From contig CAXXLZ010000002.1 of NCBI GenBank assembly GCA_963675595.2, positions 896,001 through 960,000 of the forward strand: DNA of 64,000 bases. The letters run 5' to 3'. The notes under the pieces were generated by a model. It had not been told where the DNA came from and did not search any database. It was given only the letters and a program-made list of their open reading frames with translations. The DNA comes from Thermodesulfobacteriota bacterium (GTDB lineage: Bacteria > Desulfobacterota > Desulfarculia > JACQYL01). The stretch's first letter is position 1; each line of letters begins with the position of its first letter. The position numbers and the translations under genes are program-made. This document shows positions 1-9,557 of the stretch, piece after piece.

Positions 1-1
1 C

Positions 2-2041
2 CGCCGCAATGCGGAATTCCTTCTGGAGCATTTGAAAGCGCTCAGTGGCCGGCTGGCCATCCGACTCACCGGCCAGAAGGCTCCTACCGCCGAGCTCATC
101 GCATTGGCAATGGCACATGCCAACTGTCTGCGGGCCGCCGAAGACGATATTTGCTGGGCGTCACTGCGGAATGGATTCTTTGTGCCCGTCGACGATATAC
201 GCGATCTATTGCCGCCCGTCGCCGAGAAGGGAAATGATGCGGAACGCGCCGACTCAAATGGCGAAGACAACGCGTACGAAAGAGAAGCACGTCCGGACAT
301 GATCTACATTTCGCTGATCCCGCGAAAAGGACTGCTGTTCCGATTCACGGAGGTGAAATACCGTCGTCACTTGCGCGCGGCTCGCACCCCCGATACCCTG
401 CAAGGGATTCGTGAGCAGGTTGAATCACTGCGCCGCAGGTGGGAAGACTGGTTCGGCACAGACGATGTTTGTGCATCGTTCCGGGCCATCCGGCGGGCAA
501 AACTTGCTCGTGTACTTCGGTTCTATGCCGACAAGGCAAGACGTCATGCGGATGACGAAAACGGAACCGGATTAACTTCAAAAATGCACGAGGCTCTGGT
601 CGCCGAGATTTATCGGGTCATTGAGAAGGGTGGCGACTATTGCTTCGAAACGATTGCCCAACCTGACCGCGGCTGGGTGTTCTGTCCCGATTACGTCGGC
701 AGCCGACCTCTGGAGATCACGCCAGACGGGTGGGATACTCGCATATTCATGTTTGGTCCTGATTCGGATTTCCGTCGTGGAGCCGCTCCGCTTACCAGCG
801 AGCCTCGCGTACCGAATGGGCAGAACGAAACCGCTATAGAAACCACAGACGATTCAGAACCTGACACCTCAACGTCAGCCGGTGAAACAGCACCGAACGA
901 TCGAGATGCCGAAGCAGTCTCATTAGCTGTAAATCAAAACGAGGACCAGGCTGAGGCGAGCCAATCGGAATATCGATCATCCTCTGATGCCATTCCTTCG
1001 GTGTGCCTCGGTACAAATCTCCATTCAGGAGCAGAGGTCCGATGGCCGTTAACAGTGCGAGGCAATCCGCATTTGCTTTTGGCTGGGTTGCCGGGGATGG
1101 GAAAGACAACGTGCCTTCTGAACCTCTGCCACCAGATGCTCAAGCTTCGTATCCACCCGATCGTTTTCTCTTACCATCAAGATATCGACGAGAAACTGCA
1201 GACAATGGTCGGCAACGTCCGTTTCATTAATTTCGACGGGCTGGGTTTCAATCCACTGCAAGTGATCGACCGTAGTTCAACAATGGCGTATCTCGATGTT
1301 GCCGGAGCGGTGCGTGATATCTTTGTCGCTATCTTCCCTGAGTTGGGAGACATTCAAGGGGAACGCATCCGCAAGGCGATTAAGGACAGTTTTATCGAGC
1401 TGGGCTGGGGCGATGGAGATCCAGCTCAGCTGGCGGAACCTAAATTCTCGCGGTGGGTGGAAATCCTGCGATCAGAGCCAAAGCCGGATCGTGGACTCAA
1501 GACGCTGCTGGCTCGGTTGGATGAACTTGAGGATTACGGTTTTTTCCGCACCACCGGTGATCAGGAGAGTCTCTGGGAAAGTGAGCAACCGGTTGTCCTG
1601 CGGATCCACTCCACACAGAACGACCAGCTGCAGAAGGCCTTCGCATCCACAGTCTTTTACGGGCTTTACAAGAACATGTTCCGACGAGGGGTGCAGGACC
1701 GCATTACGCATGCACTGATCTTTGACGAAGCCCATCGCGCCGCAGGACTGCAGTTGATTCCAACGATGGCCAAGGAGTGCCGAAAGTATGGGATCTCACT
1801 GGTGCTCGCGTCGCAGGAAGCTCGCGATTTTCATATCTCGCTGTTTTCCGCAATCGCCAACTACCTCGTCCTGCGGCTAACAGAATTAGACGCAAAGGCG
1901 ATGGCAAAGAACATCACCACGTCGGACCAGGAGCGCTTGCTGGTTGATCGAATAAAGCAAACCGGGCGTTTTCGGGCATTCTACTGCAGTGAAGGCCTAA
2001 CAAAACCGGTTCCAGTTGCCTTGTTGAACCTGAAGCTGTAA
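2..2041 (+). CDS. 5'-truncated large nuclease-ATPase (PD-(D/E)XK-like domain + C-terminal HerA/FtsK/DUF87 ATPase), DptH-like putative defence protein
   Basis: Frame is open from the window edge. RPDMIY...TEVK nuclease-like motif, NPHLLLAGLPGMGKT Walker A, IFDEAH Walker B, RKYGISLVLASQ motif of HerA/FtsK ATPases. Confidence 0.65.
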   Translation, partial: RRNAEFLLEHLKALSGRLAIRLTGQKAPTAELIALAMAHANCLRAAEDDICWASLRNGFFVPVDDIRDLLPPVAEKGNDAERADSNGEDNAYEREARPDMIYISLIPRKGLLFRFTEVKYRRHLRAARTPDTLQGIREQVESLRRRWEDWFGTDDVCASFRAIRRAKLARVLRFYADKARRHADDENGTGLTSKMHEALVAEIYRVIEKGGDYCFETIAQPDRGWVFCPDYVGSRPLEITPDGWDTRIFMFGPDSDFRRGAAPLTSEPRVPNGQNETAIETTDDSEPDTSTSAGETAPNDRDAEAVSLAVNQNEDQAEASQSEYRSSSDAIPSVCLGTNLHSGAEVRWPLTVRGNPHLLLAGLPGMGKTTCLLNLCHQMLKLRIHPIVFSYHQDIDEKLQTMVGNVRFINFDGLGFNPLQVIDRSSTMAYLDVAGAVRDIFVAIFPELGDIQGERIRKAIKDSFIELGWGDGDPAQLAEPKFSRWVEILRSEPKPDRGLKTLLARLDELEDYGFFRTTGDQESLWESEQPVVLRIHSTQNDQLQKAFASTVFYGLYKNMFRRGVQDRITHALIFDEAHRAAGLQLIPTMAKECRKYGISLVLASQEARDFHISLFSAIANYLVLRLTELDAKAMAKNITTSDQERLLVDRIKQTGRFRAFYCSEGLTKPVPVALLNLKL

Positions 2042-2385
2042 CATTCATTTTCTACTCCATTTTTTAGGCGAAAAATGCAGATACCAGTGAAGAAAGGGGT
2101 ATAGGAATCCGCTTAAGCTGAAGGTCGCCTGGCGCGTGCGCAGCTTTCGAGTATGACTCTATAAATTGGCTTGCTGTCTGCTGGTCGCCGCTGTGGGACC
2201 GGAAAGTAACAGCAGGGCCTGCGGAAAAAAGAGGACGCGCCTGGAGGTGGCGAATCCGGCGCCGTGTATGCTGACTGTAAACGCCGCTGGGACCGAAAAA
2301 GAAACGAAACCCGGGTCACCAAAACCGGAGATCACCTTCGGATAAACGTGATTGGCATGGTTTTCCCTCGATCCGGCGAATTCTT

Positions 2386-2546
2386 CGTAATGACAACCCA
2401 AAATTGACCCACCTTGATCACGGAAAATTGACCCACCCTTGGGTTTGGTTATGGGTTTCCTCAGCCGTCCTCCCTGATCGGGGCTTGGATCGGCTGACAA
2501 CGGAGGAAGCCGTAGGCGACCGGAGTTGTCAGCCGAGAGCCCGGTC
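2386..2546 (-). mobile_element. IS21-family right end (copy 1 of 2)
   Basis: (C)GTAATGACAACCCAAAATTGACCCACC with an internal repeated AAAATTGACCCACC box; near-identical copy at 35729-35888. Confidence 0.8.
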
Positions 2547-3215
2547 CAGTAGTGCCGCGGTCAAGGTCGGATCCCCGAAGATCTGCGTCCAGTCGCCGAA
2601 CCCGAGGTTCGTCGTGATGATTACGGGCTTCTTTTCATGCCGCTCGGCCAGAACTTGAAAAAGCAGCTCCGCCCCTTCCCTGGACAGGGGCACATACCCC
2701 AGTTCATCTACGATCAACAGACCGTAGGAAGCATATCGTTTCATGACCCGGCCCAGGACCTTTTCGTCCCGGGCTTCGATCAGTTCATTGGCCAAGGAAC
2801 AGCCGGTCAGGAATCGCGTTCGTACTCCTTGTCGGCAGGCGGCCATTCCCAGGGCCGTGGCCAGGTGGGTTTTCCCCGTGCCGCTCCGGCCCGGAAAGAT
2901 GACGTTTCGGGCCTCCCGGATGTATTGCCCTTCAAGCACTTCCCGGATTTGCCGCACATCTAGGTCAGGAGCCGCCTCGAACCGGAAGCTCTCCATGGGC
3001 TTGAGCAGCGGGAACCGGGCGTCGTGGATGCGGCGTTTGCAGCCGTTCTCCATTCGGGCCGCCACCTCAAGTTCACTCAGGCCGAGGAGGAACTCCGCGT
3101 AGTCCTCCTTGTTTTCCCGCACTTGGCGCAACTGCGTTTCCAGATGGGACAGGACGGCGGAGAGCTTCAGGATTTTCAGATTGGCCGTTAACTGGGCTTG
3201 AACGGCCGGTTTCAT
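2529..3215 (-). pseudogene. istB: IS21 helper ATPase IstB, C-terminally truncated
   Basis: GRSGTGKTHLA, LLIVDELGY, IITTNL; ends abruptly after TAALLDR. Confidence 0.85.
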
Positions 3216-3412
3216 GACTGTAAATGGAAAGTCAAATGGGGACCACCCGTGGCCATTAAAAAGGGAGCCACCAGGTTGTTAATGAAACGTCGGCCGTGCC
3301 TGGAAGAACGGAGAACCGATTCTCCGACTTACGAGCAGAGGAGCCTGTGCGAGAATGGGTGCCTACAGTCAACTCGTCGGAGCACAGGCTCTTCTGCGGG
3401 CCGGACGGTTTC

Positions 3413-4162
3413 TCACTTTCCCTTGCCGCTCATGCTTTCTCGGAAACGGTAACTCTCGCCGTTCATGGTCAGAATGCAGGCGTGATGAGTCAGTCGGTCC
3501 AGCAGGGCCCCGGTGAGTTGTTCACTGCCGAAGACTTGGGGCCATTGCGAGAAGTCCAAGTTTGTTGTCATGAGCAGGGATTGGCGTTCATAGCTTTCCG
3601 CCACAATCTGAAAGAACAGTTGGGCGCCCTTTTCCGAAAACGGCACATATCCGATTTCATCTACGATCAGAAGGTCCATTTTGGCCAGGGACCGTTCGCA
3701 GTGAGACAATCGGAGCGCGGCCTGGGCTTCGCTGAGCAGATTGATGAGACCGGCGGCCGTAAAGAATCGGACCTTCTTTCCTTGTTCGCAGGCCGTGAGC
3801 CCCAAGGCAATGGCCAAATGAGTCTTTCCTGTGCCCGAGTTGCCCATCAGGATCACGTTTTCTTTCCGCTCCATGTATTCTCCCTGGGTCAAGTCCAGCA
3901 CTTTGGTTTTATTCAGGGAGGGAATGGCCGAGAAATCGAACCGGTCCAAGCTCTTGTGCACGGGAAACCTGGCTGTCTTGAGACGGCGTTTGTAGGCGTT
4001 GTCTTCGCGATGCTGGACTTCGATTTCCATCAAAGCGAGCAGGAATGCCTCATAGGTTCGATTGGCCTGTACGGATTGACGGGACATTTCCTGATAATGC
4101 TGGAGGACAGCCGGGAGTCTGAGTCGTTTGAGATAGCTCTCCAGAAGCATTCGGATTTCCAT
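3413..4162 (-). CDS. istB: IS21 helper ATPase IstB
   Basis: GNSGTGKTHLA, IVDEIGY, ALLDRLTHH...GESYR. Confidence 0.95.
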   Translation of the reverse strand: MEIRMLLESYLKRLRLPAVLQHYQEMSRQSVQANRTYEAFLLALMEIEVQHREDNAYKRRLKTARFPVHKSLDRFDFSAIPSLNKTKVLDLTQGEYMERKENVILMGNSGTGKTHLAIALGLTACEQGKKVRFFTAAGLINLLSEAQAALRLSHCERSLAKMDLLIVDEIGYVPFSEKGAQLFFQIVAESYERQSLLMTTNLDFSQWPQVFGSEQLTGALLDRLTHHACILTMNGESYRFRESMSGKGK

Positions 4163-4174
4163 GGCATCCCCCTC

Positions 4175-5686
4175 CTACGGCCGCGTCAGCAGATCGAAGT
4201 GATCTACGCGGTTGGATCGGACAAGAGGGGAGGCCACATCGAGCGGACGCCATGGACGCGACGGAGCTTGTCGCTGGAACAACAGATTCTTTACCCCGTC
4301 GAAGCAGCCTATCCCAAGGGATAAAGCCTTCTCAACAGCCGCCGTCACCTCCGACTGTGCATGCTCTTTGAGCAGCATGAGGACCTGGATGTATTCCTTC
4401 GTGCCCCGGGACCCTTCATGCCGTTCCTTCAACATCTGGTGATAGCGCTCGTACACAGGAGGAAGGGGCCACTTGACAATCGCCGTGGCCCGATCAAATG
4501 CACCCGGCTTTCTCAGCAGCACCGGAAGATAATGGTGCGGGTCCAATATCTCGTCGTTATGGCCGTAGCTCCGCTCGTGCTCCGCGATGATCTTGTCCTT
4601 GCAGGCAATCTCCAGCTTGAATGCAAAGGCCCGAGTCGTCACTCTCTGACCCACGTATTCCGGCGGTACGGAATACCAGTTGCCGGCAAAGCGGATCCAT
4701 TGTCTTCGGTTAACCTTGGCCGATCCCGGCAAACAGGCTTCCGGCAGTCGTTCCGGCAACGGACGAAGGGAAGCCTCTTCCTCCTGCCAGACCTCTTGGA
4801 CCGTCTTGTCGAACCGTTTCCGAGTGCGGGCGTCTTGCTCACAGCGCTCTAGCAAGAAACGATTCAGTTCCGAAAAATCCCGCACCTGCGGCATGGGGAC
4901 CAGGAAGTTACGCCGCACATACCCCACCAGGTTCTCAACACTTCCTTTTTCTTGGGCTTCCCCTGCATTGCAGTACACCGCCTCGAATGGAAAATGCGAT
5001 CGGAACGAGACCCACAACTCTTGCTCTAACCGGCTTTTCCCTCTCGTGACTTTGGCCACCGCCGTCTTCATGTTATCGTATCGCATGCGACACGGAACGC
5101 CTCCAAGGTACTTGAATCCTCGGATATGGCTTTCAAATAGGGCTTCCTGCTTCTGGCTCGGCAACGCACAAACAAAAAACTTCGTGGAATAGTCCAGTCG
5201 CATGCATGCCAGATCTACTTCCTGCTCTCTACCACCCAGGATTACACGCGCCGTCCCAAAATCAAAAGTCCCTCCGTCTGCCGCTTCGTAAGTCTGCGGA
5301 ACATGGCTTTCCGGAATGCGGCCCCGCAATGAACGCACTTCCCGGCGCACGGTTCTATCTGTCCCTTCGTACCCGTATCCGTCCCGTAGTCTCTCATAAA
5401 TCCGTTTAGCTGTATGCCGCTGTTTCAACGGCCGTTTCTTGTCCTCCTCCATCCACTGCACGATCAGTTCTACGAACGGCCCAATCACTCTCTTCGGCCT
5501 TGGCTTTTCCAGCGTGTACACCGGAATCCCCGGATCATGAACCGCCTTCCGAACCGTCTTTCGGCTGTGCCCCATCTCCCGCGCTATCCGCCGCATCGAT
5601 TTCCGCTTCAGAAAATACTCCCTTCGTATCACATCCTTCTGGTCCACCGTCAGCATCTCCTCTACCCCCTGGCCTTTGGCTCTCAT
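4175..5686 (-). CDS. istA: IS21 transposase IstA
   Basis: N-terminal HTH (RRIAREMGHSRKTVRK), DDE motifs FDFG / YDNMK / EKGSVE. Confidence 0.95.
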   Translation of the reverse strand: MRAKGQGVEEMLTVDQKDVIRREYFLKRKSMRRIAREMGHSRKTVRKAVHDPGIPVYTLEKPRPKRVIGPFVELIVQWMEEDKKRPLKQRHTAKRIYERLRDGYGYEGTDRTVRREVRSLRGRIPESHVPQTYEAADGGTFDFGTARVILGGREQEVDLACMRLDYSTKFFVCALPSQKQEALFESHIRGFKYLGGVPCRMRYDNMKTAVAKVTRGKSRLEQELWVSFRSHFPFEAVYCNAGEAQEKGSVENLVGYVRRNFLVPMPQVRDFSELNRFLLERCEQDARTRKRFDKTVQEVWQEEEASLRPLPERLPEACLPGSAKVNRRQWIRFAGNWYSVPPEYVGQRVTTRAFAFKLEIACKDKIIAEHERSYGHNDEILDPHHYLPVLLRKPGAFDRATAIVKWPLPPVYERYHQMLKERHEGSRGTKEYIQVLMLLKEHAQSEVTAAVEKALSLGIGCFDGVKNLLFQRQAPSRPWRPLDVASPLVRSNRVDHFDLLTRP

Positions 5687-5780
5687 CTAAATAGCCTATC
5701 GGCCGAGGGGCCTCTACGGTGGTCCCCTTTTCGATGTCCACTACTTACTCAAATGGCCCCCTTTTAAATGTCCATACACA

Positions 5781-6770
5781 CATGACAGCGCTCCGATCCG
5801 CGAGTACACGGAAACATCCGGCGGTGAAAACGTCGGCCACGCGTCAAGGGAGGCGGGCCGGGAGGCGTGATCTTTGCCTTCGGACATGATCAGAAGGTGT
5901 TCCACCGCCTCCCGTGAACTCACTCCGGCCCCCACGGCCGCTTCCACGGCATTGAACACGTCCCTTTCCTCATGTTCCCGGAAGAGCATCAATACACCGA
6001 TGAAGTCTTTGATCCCGCGGTTTTCGCCCTGAGCTTCACAAAATCGTTCCAGGAGTCTTTCCAGGGAGGGAGGCCAAGCGGCCCTCCATTGGCGGATCGG
6101 CCGGGCGTCGGCGAATGCTTGGGGACGACGATGCAGCAACTCCAGGTAATGCATGGGATCGAGCTGCCATTTGTTGTTCCCGTAATGCCGAGGATGCACG
6201 GCGATCCTTCGGCCTCCGTAGAAAACCTCCACCCGGTCCACGTACAACATCACGCGAGTCATGAGACCGACGAAGCGAGGCGGCGCCGAATAACGGTTCT
6301 TCTCGACGATCACCGTGGAGTACTTGTCCACCTTACCGGAAGCAACCTCCACATTGGTGAAGGGAATCTCCGGGAGCGGTATCAGATGTCCTGTCTCCTC
6401 CTCGAAAAGCTCTTTGACGGTCTCTTCCCGACCCGTGATGCGGTGGTCGCCGTAAGCGGCGCATTCCGCAAGGAGCTGCGCGTTGAGTTCCTCCAGGCTC
6501 GCCACCTCCGGCATGGGCACCAGAAAATTCCGTCGAGCATAGCCTACGAGTCCTTCCACTCCTCCCTTCTCATGCGCCTGGCCGCGATTGCAGAATCGGG
6601 GCACAAAGCCGTAGTATGCCCGAAATCGCTCGAAGCTTTCCTGAAGCTTGCGTTTCTTGCCTTTGAACACCTTCTCCACCGCGGTGGTCAGGTTGTCGTA
6701 GATCAACCGTCGGAAGACCCCTCCGTAGAAGGCGAAGGCTTCCATGTGTCCTTCAAACAGCGCCTGTTGG
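5781..6770 (-). pseudogene. istA: IstA of the outer IS21, N-terminally deleted
   Basis: YDNLT, HEKGGVEGLVGYARRNFL; removing the inner IS restores an ATGA stop/start overlap with istB at 3215. Confidence 0.85.
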
Positions 6771-6771
6771 A

Positions 6772-7407
6772 CCAGGTGACCCTAACCCGTGGGTACTACC
6801 TTCAGACCACTTACATACGCAAAAGCAGTGGAAGGCCGTCAGGGAGCAATCCCTCCCATTTCAAGAATTGCGGAGACGATTGCCCGTTGGAGCAAATTTC
6901 CTGGGACGACTGTCAAGAGTTCATCGGGAGGTTGAATCGGTTGGCGGGTTCCGACCGGTATCGGCTGCCCACGGAAGCGGAGTGGGAGTATGCGGCAAGG
7001 GCCGGAAGTTCGGCTCGTTGGTGTTTTGGTGATAATGTGTCCCAACTGGATGAGTACGCTTGGTACGCGTTTAACGGGGGACTCAAGACACATCCCGTGG
7101 GTCAAAAGCGGCCAATGCCTGGGGATTGTACGATATGCACGGAAACGTGTGGGAGTGGTGCCAAGACTGGAAGGGTAGTAAGCGTCCGGGTGGATCCGTA
7201 ACGGATCCCACGGGTCCGTGGTCGGGCTCGGGCCGGGTGAGACGCGGCGGCAGCTGGGGCAGCAACGCGGGGGACTGCCGTTCGGCGAGTCGGGGCATCG
7301 GCACGCCGGGCGACCGCTACGGCAACCTCGGCGCGCGTCTGCTGAGTTCACCACCCTTCGCCCGAAGAGCGCCGTTCAAGGATTGCGCTCCCGTGCACAG
7401 GTGTTGA
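6772..7407 (+). pseudogene. Frameshifted FGE-sulfatase (SUMF1/CLec-fold) domain remnant with DGR-like 3' end
   Basis: [48 protein letters not shown] lie across shifted frames. Confidence 0.85.
7243..7344 (+). repeat. DGR variable-repeat-like segment (VR1)
   Basis: 34 codons colinear with 54327-54428; 16 of 17 differences fall at codon positions 1/2 of NNC/NNT codons. Confidence 0.7.
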
Positions 7408-7702
7408 CCAGACCCTCTCACCCGCGCTGGCCCGAGGCCGGACGAATAACCACCAAGCCCGCCGCGGCAAGTAGGTCTTCGGATTCGAAAGCGGCGGCGG
7501 CGCTTCTCCTCGGACTGTGCAAATGGTTTAGGGCTGATCCGATGAGATATTGACGGCGCGTGATCATATCTTTTGTTTGCACAATACGCCAAAAGGAAGT
7601 TTCCGCTGAACAATGGCTTCACCCTGAGCCCTGAGATCATCCGTCCAACGTGTCTGCATGGTGCACTCGGTTTAAGGCTTGGGCTGCCGATTCGCATCAG
7701 AG

Positions 7703-8172
7703 TCACAAATAATGAAACAACCCCCGGTCCTTCTTCTCCTGCATCGCGCCTTTGCGCTCTCTGGCCGACGCCGCAATGCCGGCGAGCTTCTCCAATGACT
7801 TCCCGAATCTGCTCGAAAAGACCCACCCCTCGCGATAACCGTGCCGTTTGTTGAAACGGGAGACATGATCAATGAGCCCCATACGCCGCATTTTGCTTCG
7901 GACGGTTTCGAGGATTCTCGGTGAGAAATCGTATTTGTCGCACAACGGCTGAAGAGTGTTCAAGAATTCATGTTCAGCGTACTTGAGTTCGATGAAGATT
8001 GCGAGAAAAACTCGCTGATGATTTCTATTGCCGGGAAATAGAATGGCCGCGAGTTCGTCCAGGTCCCGAGTCCTCGCGATCTTGTTATGGCTGAGTTCGA
8101 TTTTTGTGTTGACGATTGCGCATCACCTCGACCGGGCCAAGTGCCGGAGAACGACCGGCTTACCGTAACCAT
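7703..8172 (-). pseudogene. Hypothetical (probable winged-helix) protein with a frameshift near the 5' end
   Basis: The frame of the 7703-7963 ORF stays open to ~8122 (TKIELSHNKIAR...) without a start; removing 2 nt at TCAACACAAAAATC joins it to the ATG at 8172. Confidence 0.5.
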
Positions 8173-8494
8173 TCTCTTTCAGGGCTTTCTTCCTCAGTTC
8201 GACTCGTTGTGTTGCGATCTCAAGAGCCATCGTCCTGAGTTCTGTCCCCAATAGGCTCTCCACCCAATAGATGGTGGTGTATGCAGAAACGTAGATATCT
8301 CCGAGCAGTCTCTGAAATCTCCACCTGATTCCCTGGCGCGTTAATCCAAAAATCCGTTCGATCTTGTCGCCGTAATTTCTGCGCAAAACGAAACGCTTCA
8401 GGCCGTCCTCCTTCAGCTCAATCCTGAGCTCTCTGTCATCGATCAACATCTTGAGCTTTTCAATAAATTCCTTGTCCTTTTCAGTCAGTTTCAT
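8123..8494 (-). CDS. Hypothetical protein, possible HTH
   Basis: 123-aa ORF overlapping both neighbours in an operon; IFGLTRQGIRWRF is HTH-like. Confidence 0.65.
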   Translation of the reverse strand: MKLTEKDKEFIEKLKMLIDDRELRIELKEDGLKRFVLRRNYGDKIERIFGLTRQGIRWRFQRLLGDIYVSAYTTIYWVESLLGTELRTMALEIATQRVELRKKALKENGYGKPVVLRHLARSR

Positions 8495-9293
8495 TGTAGG
8501 GCGGCTCGATTTCGATATCCGAGCCGTATTGGGTAACCTGCACTTCGCAATCCTGAAGCAGAAAAATCAGAGCGACAAATCGCATCGCACGATCTCTTCG
8601 GGCATCATTGATCAGGGGATCAATCCTGGAAAACATGATTTGTCGATACATGTGAACCGAATCCAGGATATGGTGTCTGTACCGGGACAGCCCCGGAAGA
8701 TTCCCAGTCAGTGAAAACTCCTCACCCCAAACTCCCGCCCCAAAGCCGATGAAGCCCGACAATGCTTCAGTAAAGCCAGGCAAACGATCAACCTGAGGTT
8801 CCTCCAGTAACGTCAACCCGCGCGACCGCTCTTCTCGACGGGCGAGCCTCATCACCTCTCTTCGCCTTCTTGCCTTGGCTCTGGACTCGGCCATTCGTTG
8901 CCGGAAATAGGCTCGGTCGAAGACCCGTTCATCGAACAAGAACCGGGACGGCACGGTCTTCCCACAAGAAGCGCACGCATAATGAAAACTCCGCCTGACC
9001 AGCTTTGCTTCGCAACAGCCGCTCCTTTGAAACACCACTGCGGGGTCGAGTTCATGGCCGCTCAGACAAATGGCCAGACCTGCCTCCAGCATCCGAAGTT
9101 TTTGACCGCATAGATGACACGCAAAGCCGGAAAGCATGACATCGAAGTAGTAGCAACGGGCCTCCGCCTTCAATTGGACGACAGCCGCAACAAACAAAGC
9201 GACCGTCCTGCCGAAGCTTTCCTCTGGCTCCGGAGGAACAGGAACCGGCATCCAATTGTCGCTGCAATGTCCTGGAAGACTTTCGATTTCCAT
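8481..9293 (-). CDS. Multi-zinc-ribbon protein with a ScpA/kleisin-like C-terminal winged helix
   Basis: CHLC, CLSGH, SGCC, CASC; C-terminus RFVALIFLLQDCEVQVTQYGSDIEI; start placed at the ATG 30 nt below a TATA-like box. Confidence 0.55.
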   Translation of the reverse strand: MEIESLPGHCSDNWMPVPVPPEPEESFGRTVALFVAAVVQLKAEARCYYFDVMLSGFACHLCGQKLRMLEAGLAICLSGHELDPAVVFQRSGCCEAKLVRRSFHYACASCGKTVPSRFLFDERVFDRAYFRQRMAESRAKARRRREVMRLARREERSRGLTLLEEPQVDRLPGFTEALSGFIGFGAGVWGEEFSLTGNLPGLSRYRHHILDSVHMYRQIMFSRIDPLINDARRDRAMRFVALIFLLQDCEVQVTQYGSDIEIEPPYNETD

Positions 9294-9315
9294 CCATGAA
9301 AGAAACCAAGACCGG

Positions 9316-9365
9316 CATATAAACCTTTCTTTCAAAACCCGCAGAGGAAAGAAAAGTTTATATAC
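9316..9365. promoter_or_regulatory. Divergent pair of archaeal-type BRE-TATA promoters
   Basis: Minus strand GAAAGGTTTATATG (TATA at 9323-9316); plus strand GAAAAGTTTATATAC (TATA at 9357-9364). Confidence 0.55.
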
Positions 9366-9398
9366 ACCAGGGCCTTACCAAGTCCCGAGGTGATACCG

Positions 9399-9542
9399 AT
9401 GCCAAGACCCTATAAATGCCCGTACTGCGGCGCAACTCAAAGCCACTGGAAAGGATACAGGCCCCTTGTCCAGGGAAAAGTCAGACTCCGGATGTGCACC
9501 AAGTGCCACCGGAAGTTCACGACTCGGGTTAAGATCGAATAA
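9399..9542 (+). CDS. 47-aa zinc-ribbon protein (InsA-like), below the ORF-track cutoff
   Basis: MPRPYKCPYCG...RMCTKCHRKFTT; GAGGTGA RBS. Confidence 0.65.
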   Translation: MPRPYKCPYCGATQSHWKGYRPLVQGKVRLRMCTKCHRKFTTRVKIE

Positions 9543-9557
9543 CCACTGGACGGAACT

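Larger units (their letters stand above)
3219..5780 (-). mobile_element. Complete IS21-family element inserted into another IS21
   Basis: TG...CA ends (TGTAAATGGAAA at 3219, ...TCCATACACA at 5780); 6-bp target duplication CATGAC at 3213-3218 and 5781-5786; contains istA and istB. Confidence 0.93.

Noticed and set aside
5972-7201. 409-aa plus-strand ORF
   Set aside because: Chimera of antisense istA and the FGE pseudogene fragment
7510-7700. att site or tRNA at the island edge
   Set aside because: No direct repeat matching the right edge and no tRNA structure found by eye
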